A stretch of 64,000 nucleotides of DNA, taken from NCBI GenBank assembly GCA_963676835.2, contig CAXXFF010000002.1, positions 960,001-1,024,000 of the forward strand, given 5' to 3'. Position numbers and translations under genes: made by a program. Under the pieces are notes generated by a model. It searched no databases, was not told the DNA's origin, and saw only the letters and a program-made list of their open reading frames with translations. This document shows, one piece after another, positions 38,229 to 50,337 of the stretch (the stretch's first letter is position 1; each line of letters begins with the position of its first letter). The DNA is from Marispirochaeta sp. (lineage in GTDB: Bacteria; Spirochaetota; Spirochaetia; JC444; Marispirochaetaceae).

Positions 38229-38804
38229 ATGAGCGCAAACGTATTCAAATCACTTAAACTCTTCCGCTACAACAAGCAGGCGAAAAAAGCCTATATCGAT
38301 ATCAGTCTGGATACCTACCGTGAGATTTACAACGAATGGGATTTCAGTCCCCAGATTAAGAAAGATCTCGATGGAGATTTGCTGGAGTTCCTGAAGGGGA
38401 GTGCCGAGGAGATCCCGGATAACTACAAGATAGAAATTGTCTGTCATCTGCCTGAGAATATCCGCAACCCGGAGCGGGAGCAGATCAGTACCGAAAGCTT
38501 CAGGAATATATTCCGCTATAATATCCGCCGCCTCGATTTTAAACTGAAGCGCAAAAACAAAGAGATGGCCTTCTATGCTGTTGCCGGTTTGATTCTTATT
38601 ACCCTGGGAAATCTCGTCTCCAAAAGTGCGATTCTTCCGGCGGAAATTATCGGCGAAGGCTTCTATATCGGCGGCTGGGTGCTCTTCTGGGAGTTGTTCT
38701 CCAGTATATTTTTTAATCATAACGAGTTCAGAAATGAACGGCAGGATTTAAAGCGGCTCTATTCTGCGGATATTTCATATCATTATATCCAGGGGAAAGA
38801 ATAA
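38229..38804 (+). CDS. Conserved hypothetical membrane protein
   Basis: YNEWDFSP…DLD soluble N-part and two C-terminal TMs ending IGGWVLFWE. Confidence 0.6.
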   Translation: MSANVFKSLKLFRYNKQAKKAYIDISLDTYREIYNEWDFSPQIKKDLDGDLLEFLKGSAEEIPDNYKIEIVCHLPENIRNPEREQISTESFRNIFRYNIRRLDFKLKRKNKEMAFYAVAGLILITLGNLVSKSAILPAEIIGEGFYIGGWVLFWELFSSIFFNHNEFRNERQDLKRLYSADISYHYIQGKE

Positions 38805-38876
38805 TCACTGTTCCTGCCCGAGGGAGAGAGATATCAAAATTGACATCTCTCTCCCCGGGGAGTAGAATCCAGTTAA

Positions 38877-39932
38877 ATGTCTGGAGTCAGAAACCTAATA
38901 CGCCTGCTGATGATACTCGTTTTTTCATCCGGTCTGGCCCTTGCCGCTGAAACCTATACCCTGGTTGTGGTTCACAGCTACGAAGAGGATCATGTCTGCG
39001 GGTCTCCCCAGCATGAGGGGATCGTCTCTGCCTTGAGGGATGCAGGTATTTCTGAATACCGGGAGAATCTTAAGGTAGTCTCCTGTTTTATGGATACCAA
39101 ACGTCGCAATAACACGCCGGAGCTGATTGCCCGGGAAGCGGCGGCAGCCCTCAGGCTCATAGAAGAGTCAGACCCGGATATTGTTGTAACCATAGATGAC
39201 AATGCCTTCAGGCATGTGGGCATACAGCTTCTTGGAACCGGGATTCCTGTACTTTTTTCCGGCGTTAACGGACAGATTGAAGACTATATCAGCCAATACG
39301 GCATAGCATATTCACGGGATGTTCCGGGCAAGAATATAAGCGGAGTATACGAGAAGCTCCACCTTGAAGATGCCGTGCGTGTCCATTCGGTTATCTTTCC
39401 CGATTTTCGCAAAATCAGATTCTTCGTCGATACCTCACCCACCGGCCTGGCCATTCAGAAACAGATTGAACATGAGCAGGAAGGTTTCGGGGCATACTGT
39501 CAGTGGGATATGAAGATTGCCCATTCCTGGGAAGAGTACCGGCAGTTGATTGAAGAGACCAACCGGGACCCCTCCATCGACGCAATATATCCTGCAGTAA
39601 CTCTTCTGAAGGACAGTGGCGGTACCACCTATACTGCAGAAGAGCTTATTCCCTGGACGGCACAGCATGCGGCAAAGCCGTCCCTGGCAATAAACTTCAG
39701 CTATGTACGGTTTGGAATTTTCGGCGGCGCGGCGGTTGATTTTGTTGCCATGGGGTATCAGGTGGGCGCCATGGCTGTGGATGTTCTCCGGGGGAACCCG
39801 GTGGGAACCCTGCCCATTCGTGATGCCGATAAATACGCTCTTGCTTTTAACCTTAAACGTGCCAAAGCTCTGGGCATTGAGGTCCCCGTAGATATTATTA
39901 TGGAGGCTGACGAGCTGGTGCTTGATGAATAA
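38877..39932 (+). CDS. ABC-type substrate-binding-like periplasmic protein, probable sensor partner of the downstream kinase
   Basis: Signal peptide; VVHSY, MDTKR, TIDDNA, LFSGVN, FNLKRAKALGIEVP; no ABC permease nearby. Confidence 0.75.
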   Translation: MSGVRNLIRLLMILVFSSGLALAAETYTLVVVHSYEEDHVCGSPQHEGIVSALRDAGISEYRENLKVVSCFMDTKRRNNTPELIAREAAAALRLIEESDPDIVVTIDDNAFRHVGIQLLGTGIPVLFSGVNGQIEDYISQYGIAYSRDVPGKNISGVYEKLHLEDAVRVHSVIFPDFRKIRFFVDTSPTGLAIQKQIEHEQEGFGAYCQWDMKIAHSWEEYRQLIEETNRDPSIDAIYPAVTLLKDSGGTTYTAEELIPWTAQHAAKPSLAINFSYVRFGIFGGAAVDFVAMGYQVGAMAVDVLRGNPVGTLPIRDADKYALAFNLKRAKALGIEVPVDIIMEADELVLDE

Positions 39933-42615
39933 CTCCGTTAAGCAGCGCGGACGGCCTTTTTCCCGCTTTGTTGCCAATCTTCTCTTTGTGTTTGAGATTG
40001 CAATCCTCGCTGCTGTTTTTGCTGTTATGTATCCGGGGCTTTCCGCCGGGTATGAGCAGGACTACCTGAGCAGTCTTAATCTCCAGCTGGCAGAACTGAA
40101 TCAGATCCTCCAGAATCGTCAGAGTCAGATAGAACGGGAACTAACGGAGTTGACCCTGAGCAACTCCATCCGGGTAAGCCTTATGCTCGGTATGGATTCC
40201 CAGACCAATGAATTCATGCTGCAGCGCTATAACAAGCTCAGCGGTGTTGAACTGTATATCCAGCAGGGAAAACAGTATTTTCCCCAGGGTGTTCCGGATC
40301 TGGAACGGTATCAGGCAATTTTCAAGGCCCTTTCGTATCAGTCCGGTATATCGCTTCTTCCCATGCAGCGGGTTAACGGCGGCCCGCCTGTGGTCCTGGC
40401 GTCTGCACCTATTAAGCGGCAGGAAACAGAGCTTGGAACAGCTCTGGCTCTCTATGATCCGGCAGAGGATGAAGAGTTTCTTGACCATTTTGCAAGAAAG
40501 AAATTTTCACACCTGATTTTTACCGATGATGAAGGAGCTCTGGATATTATTACCGGAATGCCTCTGGATGTGGAAATTCGTAATGGTGTTGCAGTCAACA
40601 AGGCCGCCCCAACTATTGCAGGGTACTCCTCTGTCTCCAGAGTCATGCCCTGGAAGGAGTTTCCGGGAATTTTTCTGGTCTACAGCATGGCCCCGGTGGA
40701 TAGGCAGAAGAGTGACTTCCTGCGTCTGTTTATCTATCTTTCCGTGGCAATTCTGCTGCTTACCATGGTTGTTGTTGCAATAATAAACCGCAATATAAAC
40801 AAGCAGATTCGACGGCTGGCAAATGACGCATTCAGTCTGGCTACCTCAGAATCCTCCGACAAGCTTCTTGTTCAGAACCTTCATTTTGATGAGTTCAATA
40901 CCCTGGCGCAGGCATTTAACCAGCTTCTGGAAAAACGGAAGGATGCCGAAGCCCGGGTTAAGCAGGTCAATGAGCAGCTGGAAAAAAGGGTGGTAAAGCG
41001 GACATCTCAGCTGGCAGCGATGAACTCTCAGTTGAAGCATGAAATTGATGACAGAATCCGTATAGAAGGAGACCTTAAGCAGGCGAAGGATCTGGCCGAA
41101 GAAGCCAGCCGGCTTAAAAGTCAGTTTCTTGCCAATGTGTCCCACGAAATACGTACACCCCTGCACTGTATCATCGGGTTCTGCGATATCCTGCAGCAGC
41201 AGGATCATGATGGTTCACTGAATACTCAGGTGTCAGCTATTCTTCGGGAATCACAAATGCTTCTGGCAATTATCAATGATCTTCTGGATCATACGAAAAT
41301 TGAAGCGGGTAAAATGGTTCTTGAAAATGCCCCCTTTTATCTTCCGGATCTTCTGTTCTCCGTAATTACCAGTGCAGAGAGTCAGGCGGAGGGTAAGGGG
41401 CTGGCTCTTTTTCTGGATTACCCGGAATCCCTGGATGCTGTCTTTTCCGGCGACCGTCTGAGGCTTCATCAGGTGCTGAATAACCTGGTTAATAACGCGG
41501 TCAAGTTTACCCACACCGGCTCGGTCCATCTAAAGGCGGAAGTAGAATCTTCCGCTGATGAGGGGCTCACCGTCTGTTTTTCCGTAATAGATACCGGAAT
41601 CGGAATCCCCGAAGAAAAGCAGCAGTCCATCTTTAACAGTTTTACCCAGGCAGACGGCAGTACAACCCGTAAATACGGGGGTACCGGCCTCGGGACAACC
41701 ATTGCCTTCGATCTTGTTCAACTTATGGGCGGCACGTTAAAACTGCACAGCATGGTGAATAAAGGGTCGGAGTTTACCTTTACCATATACCTTCCCTTTG
41801 CGGCGGACCAGGAGAGGGTTCTGCTGTCTGCAGACAACAGCAAAGCTGATTCTGTCGGCCGGAAACTTATCCGCGGAGACGCTTATACCCTGCTGCTTGT
41901 GGAGGACTACCTGACAAACCGGCAGGTTGCGCTGCACCATCTGGAGAGTCTCGGCTACAGTGTCGAAACCGCTGAGGATGGTATCCAGGCCCTCGAAAAA
42001 TGCGCCACCAGGAGCTATGACCTTATTCTTATGGATCTGCAAATGCCGAGGATGGGTGGTTCCGAAGCCAATCAGAAACTGAAACTGGGGGACGGCCTCA
42101 ATTCCAATACTCCTGTTATTGCCCTGACAGCCAATGCTGAACAGGATATTGTTGCAGTTTGTAAAAGCGAAGGCTTTGCTGATGTTATACTCAAACCGGT
42201 AAGGAGAACTCCTTTTCTGCTGAAAATCCAGCAGGTTCTCCAGGGCGATGCCGGGGACAGTGAGGGTTCCATCTCTGTGAATGAACCCGAAGGCTTCTTC
42301 AACTACCCGGCTCTTCTGGATGAGTTTGATCATGATGAAGTACTTGTGCGGCAGTTGCTTACAGAGTTTATGCGGGAGTCGGGAGAGAGCCTTGAAAAAA
42401 TGTCGAAATCCCTTGCGGAAGAGAATCTTGAGGCCTTCCGTTTTGAGGCTCACCGCATAAAAGGGGGAAGCCGCAACATGACAGCCGCAGGACTTGCCCG
42501 GGCTGCTGAAGGTGCTGAAAAGGCGGCCAAGGCAGGCGATTCTGATTCTGCCCGGGAGTTTGCCGGGACTTGCACAGAAGAGTATCATCGGCTGGTTTCC
42601 TATCTGGGGTTTTAA
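39925..42615 (+). CDS. Hybrid sensor histidine kinase (TM-sensor-TM-HAMP-HisKA-HATPase-REC-HPt)
   Basis: FLANVSHEIRTPL, NLVNNAVKFT, DTGIGI, GGTGLG, LMDLQMP, AHRIKG. Confidence 0.92.
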   Translation: MNNSVKQRGRPFSRFVANLLFVFEIAILAAVFAVMYPGLSAGYEQDYLSSLNLQLAELNQILQNRQSQIERELTELTLSNSIRVSLMLGMDSQTNEFMLQRYNKLSGVELYIQQGKQYFPQGVPDLERYQAIFKALSYQSGISLLPMQRVNGGPPVVLASAPIKRQETELGTALALYDPAEDEEFLDHFARKKFSHLIFTDDEGALDIITGMPLDVEIRNGVAVNKAAPTIAGYSSVSRVMPWKEFPGIFLVYSMAPVDRQKSDFLRLFIYLSVAILLLTMVVVAIINRNINKQIRRLANDAFSLATSESSDKLLVQNLHFDEFNTLAQAFNQLLEKRKDAEARVKQVNEQLEKRVVKRTSQLAAMNSQLKHEIDDRIRIEGDLKQAKDLAEEASRLKSQFLANVSHEIRTPLHCIIGFCDILQQQDHDGSLNTQVSAILRESQMLLAIINDLLDHTKIEAGKMVLENAPFYLPDLLFSVITSAESQAEGKGLALFLDYPESLDAVFSGDRLRLHQVLNNLVNNAVKFTHTGSVHLKAEVESSADEGLTVCFSVIDTGIGIPEEKQQSIFNSFTQADGSTTRKYGGTGLGTTIAFDLVQLMGGTLKLHSMVNKGSEFTFTIYLPFAADQERVLLSADNSKADSVGRKLIRGDAYTLLLVEDYLTNRQVALHHLESLGYSVETAEDGIQALEKCATRSYDLILMDLQMPRMGGSEANQKLKLGDGLNSNTPVIALTANAEQDIVAVCKSEGFADVILKPVRRTPFLLKIQQVLQGDAGDSEGSISVNEPEGFFNYPALLDEFDHDEVLVRQLLTEFMRESGESLEKMSKSLAEENLEAFRFEAHRIKGGSRNMTAAGLARAAEGAEKAAKAGDSDSAREFAGTCTEEYHRLVSYLGF

Positions 42616-42763
42616 ACCGATTCTGCTTTTTTTCCTTTTTTCGCTGTCACAAGCCAATTCCACGAAAACAACCGGCATGTATTCATCGACTGCGTCAGGC
42701 CGTTTCCGATCTGACAGCCTGACTAAACTTGACTGTCTGAATAAGGGAATGTACCTTTACCGG

Positions 42764-43428
42764 ATGAATAAAAAATTGAGAAAAACGAGTCATTCCTTTC
42801 ATGCAGGATTTACCGGAACTCTGCTGATTACCGGGGTATTTACCAGTATCATTGCCACAGCTCTTATGAATAATGCATCTTCTCTGGTGAATGATTTTAA
42901 CCTGGTTATAGCGAGTATTGTCTTTCAGCTTCTGACTGCTCTGGGTGCCGTGGGAATTGCCCTTACCCTGTTCTACATGAGAAAAGTCCCGGGGCTGCAG
43001 TCAGTGCGGTTGCATTTCGCAGTATAGAAGCTGTGTTTTATGCACTTTCCGCACTTTTTCTTACAGGACTCCTTGGTAATGCTCTGAGCGGCGTATCTGA
43101 GTCTTCTTCCAGCCTTTTCTCTTTCATATGGAATTTGCGGGATGCAGCAAATTTTATCGTCGGAGTCTGGTTTTTCTCCTTTGGATCTACTGCATATTAC
43201 TTTGCCCTGTATAAAAACAGGATGATTCCTGTATGGCTTTCCATTTGGGGCGGAATCGGGATTCTTCTTGTCTTCAGCACTTCTTTGGCAGTTTTGATCA
43301 TCGGTCCACCGTATACAATCAGCGGCCTTCTGAGCCTGCTTGCTTTGCCCATTGCCCTTCAGGAGATTGTACTTGGGATATATCTTATTGTTAAAGGATT
43401 CCAGCAGGAGGTAAAAAATGACGGATAA
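42764..43428 (+). pseudogene. DUF4386-like membrane protein, frameshifted near 42961
   Basis: …AVGIALTL is in one frame; YPVLHEKSPGAAVSAVAFRSIEAVFY…IPVWLSIWG…EIVLGIYLIVKGF is in another. Confidence 0.7.
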
Positions 43429-43765
43429 AGAGTTAAAAGTTGTGTTTCACATTGATGAGCCGGAAAAGTGGAAGCTGTTGCTGGGGAATGTTCAGAACCT
43501 GATCAATGCAGCAGAGGGGTTTGAAGCGATAGCTGTTGTTGCAAACTCAGCAGCCGTAAAGGGTTATCTCAGGGATGATCCGGGTTTTGGAAACCGAATG
43601 CAGAAACTCGTAGATCAGGGAGTCCGTTTCTGTGCCTGTAATAATGCGCTGAACGGGTTGAATATAAAGTCAGAACAGCTTTTTTCCTTTGTCGAAATAG
43701 TTCCCGCAGGGGTTAAGGAGATTGTCGATTTGCAGATGCAGGCATACGCTTATATAAAACCCTGA
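43418..43765 (+). CDS. DsrE/DsrF-like family protein
   Basis: KVVFHIDE, LGNVQNL, FCACNNAL, VPAGV, AYIKP. Confidence 0.8.
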   Translation: MTDKELKVVFHIDEPEKWKLLLGNVQNLINAAEGFEAIAVVANSAAVKGYLRDDPGFGNRMQKLVDQGVRFCACNNALNGLNIKSEQLFSFVEIVPAGVKEIVDLQMQAYAYIKP

Positions 43766-43856
43766 TTAAGCTGCTCAACCCGAATTTTCTTTTTAATTAT
43801 TACCTGCATTTTTTAGCATTTCCTTACCGGTTTTACTATGATTTGATCAGAGGATC

Positions 43857-46800
43857 ATGGGAAAAATCGAGGTAGAACACTTTTTTACTCATTGCTGTCG
43901 GCCGCTTGGCCGATACCTTCTTGTTTCCCTGCTGTTTTTTATAATCCTCTCCTGTTCTCCTTCATCTCCGCTGGTAGGAACTGCACAGACTGAACAGCCT
44001 CTCAATAATGAGTTTATCGCCCGGCTGACCCCGGAAGAACAGACCTGGCTGAAGAACCATAACTCTTTTTCCTTAGGGATAATGAATGCCTGGCCCCCTA
44101 TGAATTTTGTAAATCCCAATGGTGTCCCCGACGGCATAGGGGTTGATTATATTCAGGCTCTCAATCGCCGGCTGGATTGTGAGATTACTCTGGTGCCGGC
44201 TCCCTTTGCTCAAAACCTTGAGGCAGCGAAAGCACGGAAAATTGATGCATTAATGGATGTGACCCCCAAGCCTGAGCGGGAGGAGTTTCTTTACTTTACC
44301 GGGGAATATCTGAATATTCCCCATGTTATTGTGGCGAGGATTAATGGGCCCCGCTTTGCCTTTGAAAAGGATCTTTCAGGCCATACACTGGCTCTGGAAA
44401 AGGGATTTTATAACGTAACCTACTTCAGCCAGAAGTATCCTCACCTGGTAATCCAGGAATACCCCGATACCGCCCGGGCTCTGGGGGCTGTTTCCCGGGG
44501 CGAGGCTGACGCCTATGTAGGCAACCGGGCAGTGGCTGCCTGGATTATGGAAAAAGAGCTGATTACAAATCTGCAGTTTATGGGCAGGGCAGATAAGGAG
44601 GGCTCTGTCCTTACCATTGGCGTCCGGAAAGACTGGCCGCTTCTGGCATCAATACTTGATAAGGCTCTGGAAGATCTGCGCCCTGCCGAGATCCATGATA
44701 TTCACCAGAACTGGACTGGATTTTCATCTCAAACCACCCGGGACGACAGCGGGCCCGAAGTTTCTGAAGGCACCGGAGGGTCCGAGCTTCTGACTTCAGC
44801 GGAAAAGGAGTGGCTGGAAGCACATAAAGGGATAACTTTGGGCATCGGTGCAAGCTGGCAGCCTTTTGTTTTTGAGAAGAGTGACGGCAGTCTTGAAGGC
44901 TTTGATGTGGACTACCTGGCAGCCATTAACCGTCTGACCGGCGCTGATATTAAACTTGTCGCCGGTCAATGGAAAGATATTGTCCAGATGGGGGAGGGCC
45001 GGGCGATTGACGGACTGGCTGAATCGGCAGTTACACCCCAACGGGCTGAAAAATTCAATTTTTCTACAAGCTATAATATTACTGAATATGCGGCAGCTAC
45101 AGTCCCTGAAACTGCTGCTGAATTTCGCGGACCATCTGATCTGAAAGGAAAGAGGATAGCCCACCTTAATGGAAATATCTGGACAGGAAAAATACTTAAT
45201 TCAATTGACCGGGTGCAGATACTCGAGGCGGATTCCGAGACAGAAGCTTTTAGGCTGGTATTGCAGGATAAAGCCGATTTCGCCCTGATTCCGGTACATC
45301 AGTTTGGAGCTCTCCGGGAAATTTACCATCAGTCACTCTCATTTGCCTATGTATTTACCCAGGATGAGTATGTGCTGAACTCTGTGTATTCCATCCGCAA
45401 TGACTGGCCGGAACTGGTGACAATACTCAACAAGGCGATTTCTGCAATCAGCATTACCGAAAAACAGCTGATGTATGAAAAATGGATTCCCGCACCCACC
45501 GGTATCCTTCAGGCAGCATCGCATAATCATCTGCAGTTTCAGATAGGCCTGTTTCTGCTGAAGAGTATCGGCCTTGTTTTCATTGTAATGATGGCTGGCA
45601 TTTTCATCGCCTGGATGGTAAAAGGCAGGCCGAAACAGCTCTCCATTCGTGATTCAATGTTTGTTATATCTTTTATTTTTGCCTCCCTTATTGTGTCCAG
45701 CGGTGTCTTTGTGCTGCTCCTTTCCCAGACCCACGAGCATGAAGATGAGATTACCGATAGAAATCTTGAGTCGTTGAACCTTGCCTTTGAATTGAAACAG
45801 TCTTCGGACGATCTCACCCGTTTTGCCAGGACCTACACAGTTACCTCCGACCCCAAATACGAGTATTTCTACAGAAAAATTGATGCGATTCGTGATGGAA
45901 GGCAGGCGCACCCTGCTGAGTTCAATTTGTTTTACTGGGACTACATATCTGCAGACCTGCTTGCCTTCAATCAGCAGGGTTCTACTTACAGTATTGAAGA
46001 GCAGATGAACTCTCTTGGTCTTACGGATGAAGAAAAGTTCAAGCTCTATGAAGCCAAAAAAGAGTCTGAAGCCCTTATGCATATGGAGAATACCGCCATG
46101 AATGCGGTAAAGGGGCTCTACCGCGATTCCAGCGGCCAGTTTACCATCAATGCTGATCCCAACCCGGCTATGGCCAGGGAACTGCTGCACAGCCAGGAAT
46201 ACAACCAGGCAAAAGCCCGGATAATGACTCCTATTGACCAGTTTTTCTCACTGCTTAAGACAAGAATGGACCGGGATGAGAATCAGCTGCACACCCGCAA
46301 TCAGGGGGTTATATTCGGCATAGCCCTTCTGGTCGGCATAACCATCGCCTTTTCCATCTATATTTTTTACCAGATGAGACTCCGGATTATTCTACCCCTC
46401 TCGGCGGTGGAAAAAGGGGTTAAGGAAGTAAAAAAAGGTAATTTCTCACATGCCATTGAGATCAAACATCATGATGAAATCGGTTCCCTGGCAGCAGTCT
46501 TCAACTCAATGTCCCGGAGTATTGAGGAACGTACCTCCCGCTTGACTGCCACCATAGAGTCCACCACTGACGGTATTCTGGTGGTAGATCTGAATCAGAA
46601 GGTTACCTCCTATAACACCAGGTTTCTGGATATCTGGAATATCGACAGGACCCTCGCCGAGGCAGGAAATGATGATGAGCTGCTTGCCCAGTGTGTAGTT
46701 CAGCTGAAGGATCCCGATGCCTTTATTGACAGTGTGAAGCAGCTGTATGCACACCCGGAAGCAACAGATTTTTCCACCCTGTTTTTGGGTGACGGCCGTA

Positions 46801-49157
46801 TTCTTGAGCGCTATTCCCAGCCCCAGAGAATAGGTGAAAAAATTCTCGGCAGGGTATGGAGCTTCCGGGATGTTACCGCAACCCGTATGGCGGAGCAGGC
46901 CCTGAAAGAGGCCAAGGACGCCGCCGAGGTTGCCACCAGGGCAAAAAGCGATTTCCTTGCCAATATGAGCCACGAAATACGCACTCCCATGAACGCCATA
47001 ATTGGTATGAGCAATCTGGCCCTTAAAACTGATCTGAACGATAAACAGCGGGATTACCTTTTAAAAATAGATCAGTCGTCCAAGGCTCTTCTGAATATTA
47101 TCAACGACATTCTGGATTTTTCAAAGATTGAAGCGGGGAAACTGGAGATCGAGTCGGTTCCCTTCTTCCTGGATGATGTGCTTGAGAACCTTACCAGCAT
47201 GGTAAGCGTCCATACCAGGGAAAAAGGCCTTGAGTTTGTCTATAACATTGTTCCGGATTTTCCCCAGAAACTTGTTGGAGATCCCCTGCGTCTTGGACAG
47301 ATATTGCTGAATCTGTGCAGCAACGCGGTGAAATTTACCGAAACCGGCGGCGTTGTTGTCTCTGCGGATGTTGAGAGTCGGGATGAAAGCGGCCTGATTG
47401 CCCGGTTCAGTATTCGCGATACCGGGGTCGGCATGAATCCGGAACAGCAGAAAAAGCTGTTCCAGTCCTTTTCCCAGGCAGATACATCTACCACCAGAAA
47501 ATACGGCGGCACCGGGCTGGGCCTTGCAATTAGCCGGAATCTTGCGGGATTAATGGGCGGCGGTATCGGAGTAACCTCTGTTCCAGGCAAGGGAAGTACC
47601 TTCTGGTTCACCGTACACTTGGGGCTGCACGATAAATCAAAACCGGATAAGGAGAAATACTCAGTTCTGGCTTCAGACTTGAAAGGTACCAGGATCCTGA
47701 TTGTTGATGATAACGAAGATGCCCGAAACTCTCTTAAAATGATGTGCGAGAGCTTCGGCTTTGAGGTTATCACGGCGGTAAACGGATTCGAGGCTATAAG
47801 CATGCTTGAGGCACCCGAAGAAAAAGAGACTCCCCTTGTTCTGATGGATCTCAAAATGCCGGGAATAGACGGCTTTGAGACTACCCGGCGAATAATCGCA
47901 AGTGAGAAAGTGAAAGTAAAACCGACGATTATTATGCTCACAGCATATGGCCGGGAAGAGCTTATGGTGCAGGCTTCAGAGGTGGGTATAGAGGCTTTTC
48001 TGGTTAAGCCCGTAAGCCAGTCCCTGCTTTTTGAAACCATTATGGCTACCTTCGGAAAAGAGATTAAAGTTCGTTCTCAGCGGCTTCCCGGGCAGACTGT
48101 TCTGCCGGAGAATTTTGACTCCCTTCGGGGTGCCCGTATTCTTCTGGTCGAGGATAACCAGTTGAATCAGCAGGTTGCCCGTGAGCTTTTGGAGGATGAA
48201 GGCTTCCATGTTTTTCTTGCTGAGAACGGCCGGCTGGCGGTGGACGCGGTGGCAGAGGCGGAACCGGATTTCTACGATATTGTTCTTATGGATCTTCAAA
48301 TGCCCGAAATGGACGGTTATGAAGCCACCCGGGAGCTGAGAAAAAATCCAGAGCTGCAAAAACTCCCGGTCATTGCCATGACCGCCGACGCCATGGACGG
48401 TGTGGCAGACAGGGTTCTTCAGGCAGGTATGAATGACTATGTATCAAAGCCTATCGAACTGGAAAACCTTTTCCATGTGCTCTCTTCCTGGATTAAGCCC
48501 GGCAGCCGGGAGCTGCCAGAAGGATATACTCCTCCGGATTTCGCAGCAGGGGATTTACCGGAAAAGCTGCCGGTGATTGATGGAATTGATACTGCTGATG
48601 GATTAAGCCGGGTAGGCGGAAACCTTAAGCGTTATGTAAAGGTACTGGAACAGTTTGTGGAGAATCAGGGACAGGTGGAATCTGCACTGAACCAGTCGGT
48701 GGAGAAAGAAGACTGGGAAACTGCTGTTCGTCTTGCACATACGTTAAAGGGAATTGCAGGAACCATCGGAGCATCGGAACTGCAGAAACTGGCGGCAGAA
48801 CTTGAAAAGAGTTTAAAAGCGGAGACCCTGACTGTTTTAGATGAGCAGATAAGTGCGGTGGGAACCATGGTGGCAGAAACCGTAGCTGCTATATCGACAG
48901 GTCTGCGGGATGTGCCGGATATGGTTCCGCCGAACCATGAGAGTGAATCCCTTAAGCAGCTTGCGGACAGTCTGAGGGAGCTTCTCCTTGAGGACGACTC
49001 AAAGGCGGCTGATGTAATAGAGCAGATGATTAACGCCGCAGAAGGATTGCCCCTGGCACAGCAGCTTGCCGCAATTCAGGCGGATATTCGGGATATAGAG
49101 TACCAGGGGGCACTGGAAAAACTTGATGAACTTGAGATAAAGGATCTGGAGGATTGA
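43857..49157 (+). CDS. Large hybrid histidine kinase (2x SBP_bac_3, three TMs, helical sensor, HAMP, PAS, HisKA, HATPase, 2x REC, HPt)
   Basis: LTPEEQTWL and LTSAEKEWL binding-protein repeats; [39 protein letters not shown]. Confidence 0.92.
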   Translation: MGKIEVEHFFTHCCRPLGRYLLVSLLFFIILSCSPSSPLVGTAQTEQPLNNEFIARLTPEEQTWLKNHNSFSLGIMNAWPPMNFVNPNGVPDGIGVDYIQALNRRLDCEITLVPAPFAQNLEAAKARKIDALMDVTPKPEREEFLYFTGEYLNIPHVIVARINGPRFAFEKDLSGHTLALEKGFYNVTYFSQKYPHLVIQEYPDTARALGAVSRGEADAYVGNRAVAAWIMEKELITNLQFMGRADKEGSVLTIGVRKDWPLLASILDKALEDLRPAEIHDIHQNWTGFSSQTTRDDSGPEVSEGTGGSELLTSAEKEWLEAHKGITLGIGASWQPFVFEKSDGSLEGFDVDYLAAINRLTGADIKLVAGQWKDIVQMGEGRAIDGLAESAVTPQRAEKFNFSTSYNITEYAAATVPETAAEFRGPSDLKGKRIAHLNGNIWTGKILNSIDRVQILEADSETEAFRLVLQDKADFALIPVHQFGALREIYHQSLSFAYVFTQDEYVLNSVYSIRNDWPELVTILNKAISAISITEKQLMYEKWIPAPTGILQAASHNHLQFQIGLFLLKSIGLVFIVMMAGIFIAWMVKGRPKQLSIRDSMFVISFIFASLIVSSGVFVLLLSQTHEHEDEITDRNLESLNLAFELKQSSDDLTRFARTYTVTSDPKYEYFYRKIDAIRDGRQAHPAEFNLFYWDYISADLLAFNQQGSTYSIEEQMNSLGLTDEEKFKLYEAKKESEALMHMENTAMNAVKGLYRDSSGQFTINADPNPAMARELLHSQEYNQAKARIMTPIDQFFSLLKTRMDRDENQLHTRNQGVIFGIALLVGITIAFSIYIFYQMRLRIILPLSAVEKGVKEVKKGNFSHAIEIKHHDEIGSLAAVFNSMSRSIEERTSRLTATIESTTDGILVVDLNQKVTSYNTRFLDIWNIDRTLAEAGNDDELLAQCVVQLKDPDAFIDSVKQLYAHPEATDFSTLFLGDGRILERYSQPQRIGEKILGRVWSFRDVTATRMAEQALKEAKDAAEVATRAKSDFLANMSHEIRTPMNAIIGMSNLALKTDLNDKQRDYLLKIDQSSKALLNIINDILDFSKIEAGKLEIESVPFFLDDVLENLTSMVSVHTREKGLEFVYNIVPDFPQKLVGDPLRLGQILLNLCSNAVKFTETGGVVVSADVESRDESGLIARFSIRDTGVGMNPEQQKKLFQSFSQADTSTTRKYGGTGLGLAISRNLAGLMGGGIGVTSVPGKGSTFWFTVHLGLHDKSKPDKEKYSVLASDLKGTRILIVDDNEDARNSLKMMCESFGFEVITAVNGFEAISMLEAPEEKETPLVLMDLKMPGIDGFETTRRIIASEKVKVKPTIIMLTAYGREELMVQASEVGIEAFLVKPVSQSLLFETIMATFGKEIKVRSQRLPGQTVLPENFDSLRGARILLVEDNQLNQQVARELLEDEGFHVFLAENGRLAVDAVAEAEPDFYDIVLMDLQMPEMDGYEATRELRKNPELQKLPVIAMTADAMDGVADRVLQAGMNDYVSKPIELENLFHVLSSWIKPGSRELPEGYTPPDFAAGDLPEKLPVIDGIDTADGLSRVGGNLKRYVKVLEQFVENQGQVESALNQSVEKEDWETAVRLAHTLKGIAGTIGASELQKLAAELEKSLKAETLTVLDEQISAVGTMVAETVAAISTGLRDVPDMVPPNHESESLKQLADSLRELLLEDDSKAADVIEQMINAAEGLPLAQQLAAIQADIRDIEYQGALEKLDELEIKDLED

Positions 49158-49158
49158 T

Positions 49159-50250
49159 ATGGGCAAAGTACTGATTGTAGATGATACTGCAGAAAACCGT
49201 GAGATTTTCAAAGGACTCCTCGAAGCGGATCATACTATTTACCTGGCGAAAAACGGTGAGCAGGGAATTCAGCTGGCCCGTAAACGGGAACCGGACCTTA
49301 TTTTGATGGACGTAATGATGCCGGTTATGGACGGGTATGAAGCATGTAAAGTACTGAAAGAAGATGCTTCCACCCGGGATATTCCCCTGATCTTTCTTAC
49401 CTCCATGTCCGAGGAGGAGGATGAGACCAAAGGACTCGGCCTTGGGGCGGTGGACTATGTAACCAAACCTGTCCGACCTTCAATATTGCGGGAGCGGGTC
49501 AAGAATCATCTGGAACTGAAACATTCAAGAGATCTTCTCAAGCGGCAGAACGAGGTGCTGGAAGAGCGGGTACTTGAGCGCACCCGGCAGATGGAAGAGC
49601 TTCAGGATGTAACCATGGTTGCCATGGGCGCCCTTGCGGAATCCCGGGATCCGGAGACGGGCAACCATATCCGGCGGACCCAGCACTATATAAAAGCCCT
49701 GGCCATGCATCTGAAGGATCATCCCGGATTCGGGGGATTTTTTGAACCGGGAATAATCACCTCCCTCTATAAATCTGCTCCTCTACATGATATCGGCAAG
49801 GTCGGTGTTCCCGATGAAATTCTGCTTAAGCCAGGCAAGCTGACTCCTGAGGAATTTGATATTATGAAGATGCATACGGTCCATGGCCGTGATGCAATTG
49901 CGGCGGCCGAAGGTTCCATGATAGTAGCCGATGATTTTCTTATCTTCGCAAAAGAGATTGCCTATATGCATCACGAAAAATGGGATGGATCGGGCTATCC
50001 CCTTGGGCTCAAAGGTGATGATATTCCTATCTCAGCCCGGCTTATGGCCGTTGCCGATGTATATGATGCTCTTATAAGCAAGCGTGTTTACAAGCCGGCC
50101 TTTCCCCACGAAAAAGCTGTTTCCATAATTGCAGAGGGACGGGGCTCCCATTTTGATCCGGACATGACCGATGCCTTTATGGAAATACAGGAAGAGTTCA
50201 AGCAGATTGCCGGTAAGTTTACCGATAGTGAAGGAGCACTAAAGTCATAA
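49159..50250 (+). CDS. Response regulator with HD-GYP c-di-GMP phosphodiesterase domain (RpfG family)
   Basis: REC (LMDVMMP); RDPETGNH, LHDIGK, HHEKWDGSGYP, ADVYDAL. Confidence 0.93.
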   Translation: MGKVLIVDDTAENREIFKGLLEADHTIYLAKNGEQGIQLARKREPDLILMDVMMPVMDGYEACKVLKEDASTRDIPLIFLTSMSEEEDETKGLGLGAVDYVTKPVRPSILRERVKNHLELKHSRDLLKRQNEVLEERVLERTRQMEELQDVTMVAMGALAESRDPETGNHIRRTQHYIKALAMHLKDHPGFGGFFEPGIITSLYKSAPLHDIGKVGVPDEILLKPGKLTPEEFDIMKMHTVHGRDAIAAAEGSMIVADDFLIFAKEIAYMHHEKWDGSGYPLGLKGDDIPISARLMAVADVYDALISKRVYKPAFPHEKAVSIIAEGRGSHFDPDMTDAFMEIQEEFKQIAGKFTDSEGALKS

Positions 50251-50337
50251 GTACTGCATTCAGGAACAATTCCTTTTTCTTGCGTAATATAATTCCTCAT
50301 GAGAAAATAGATGTACTGCTATATATGAGGGTAGTAC

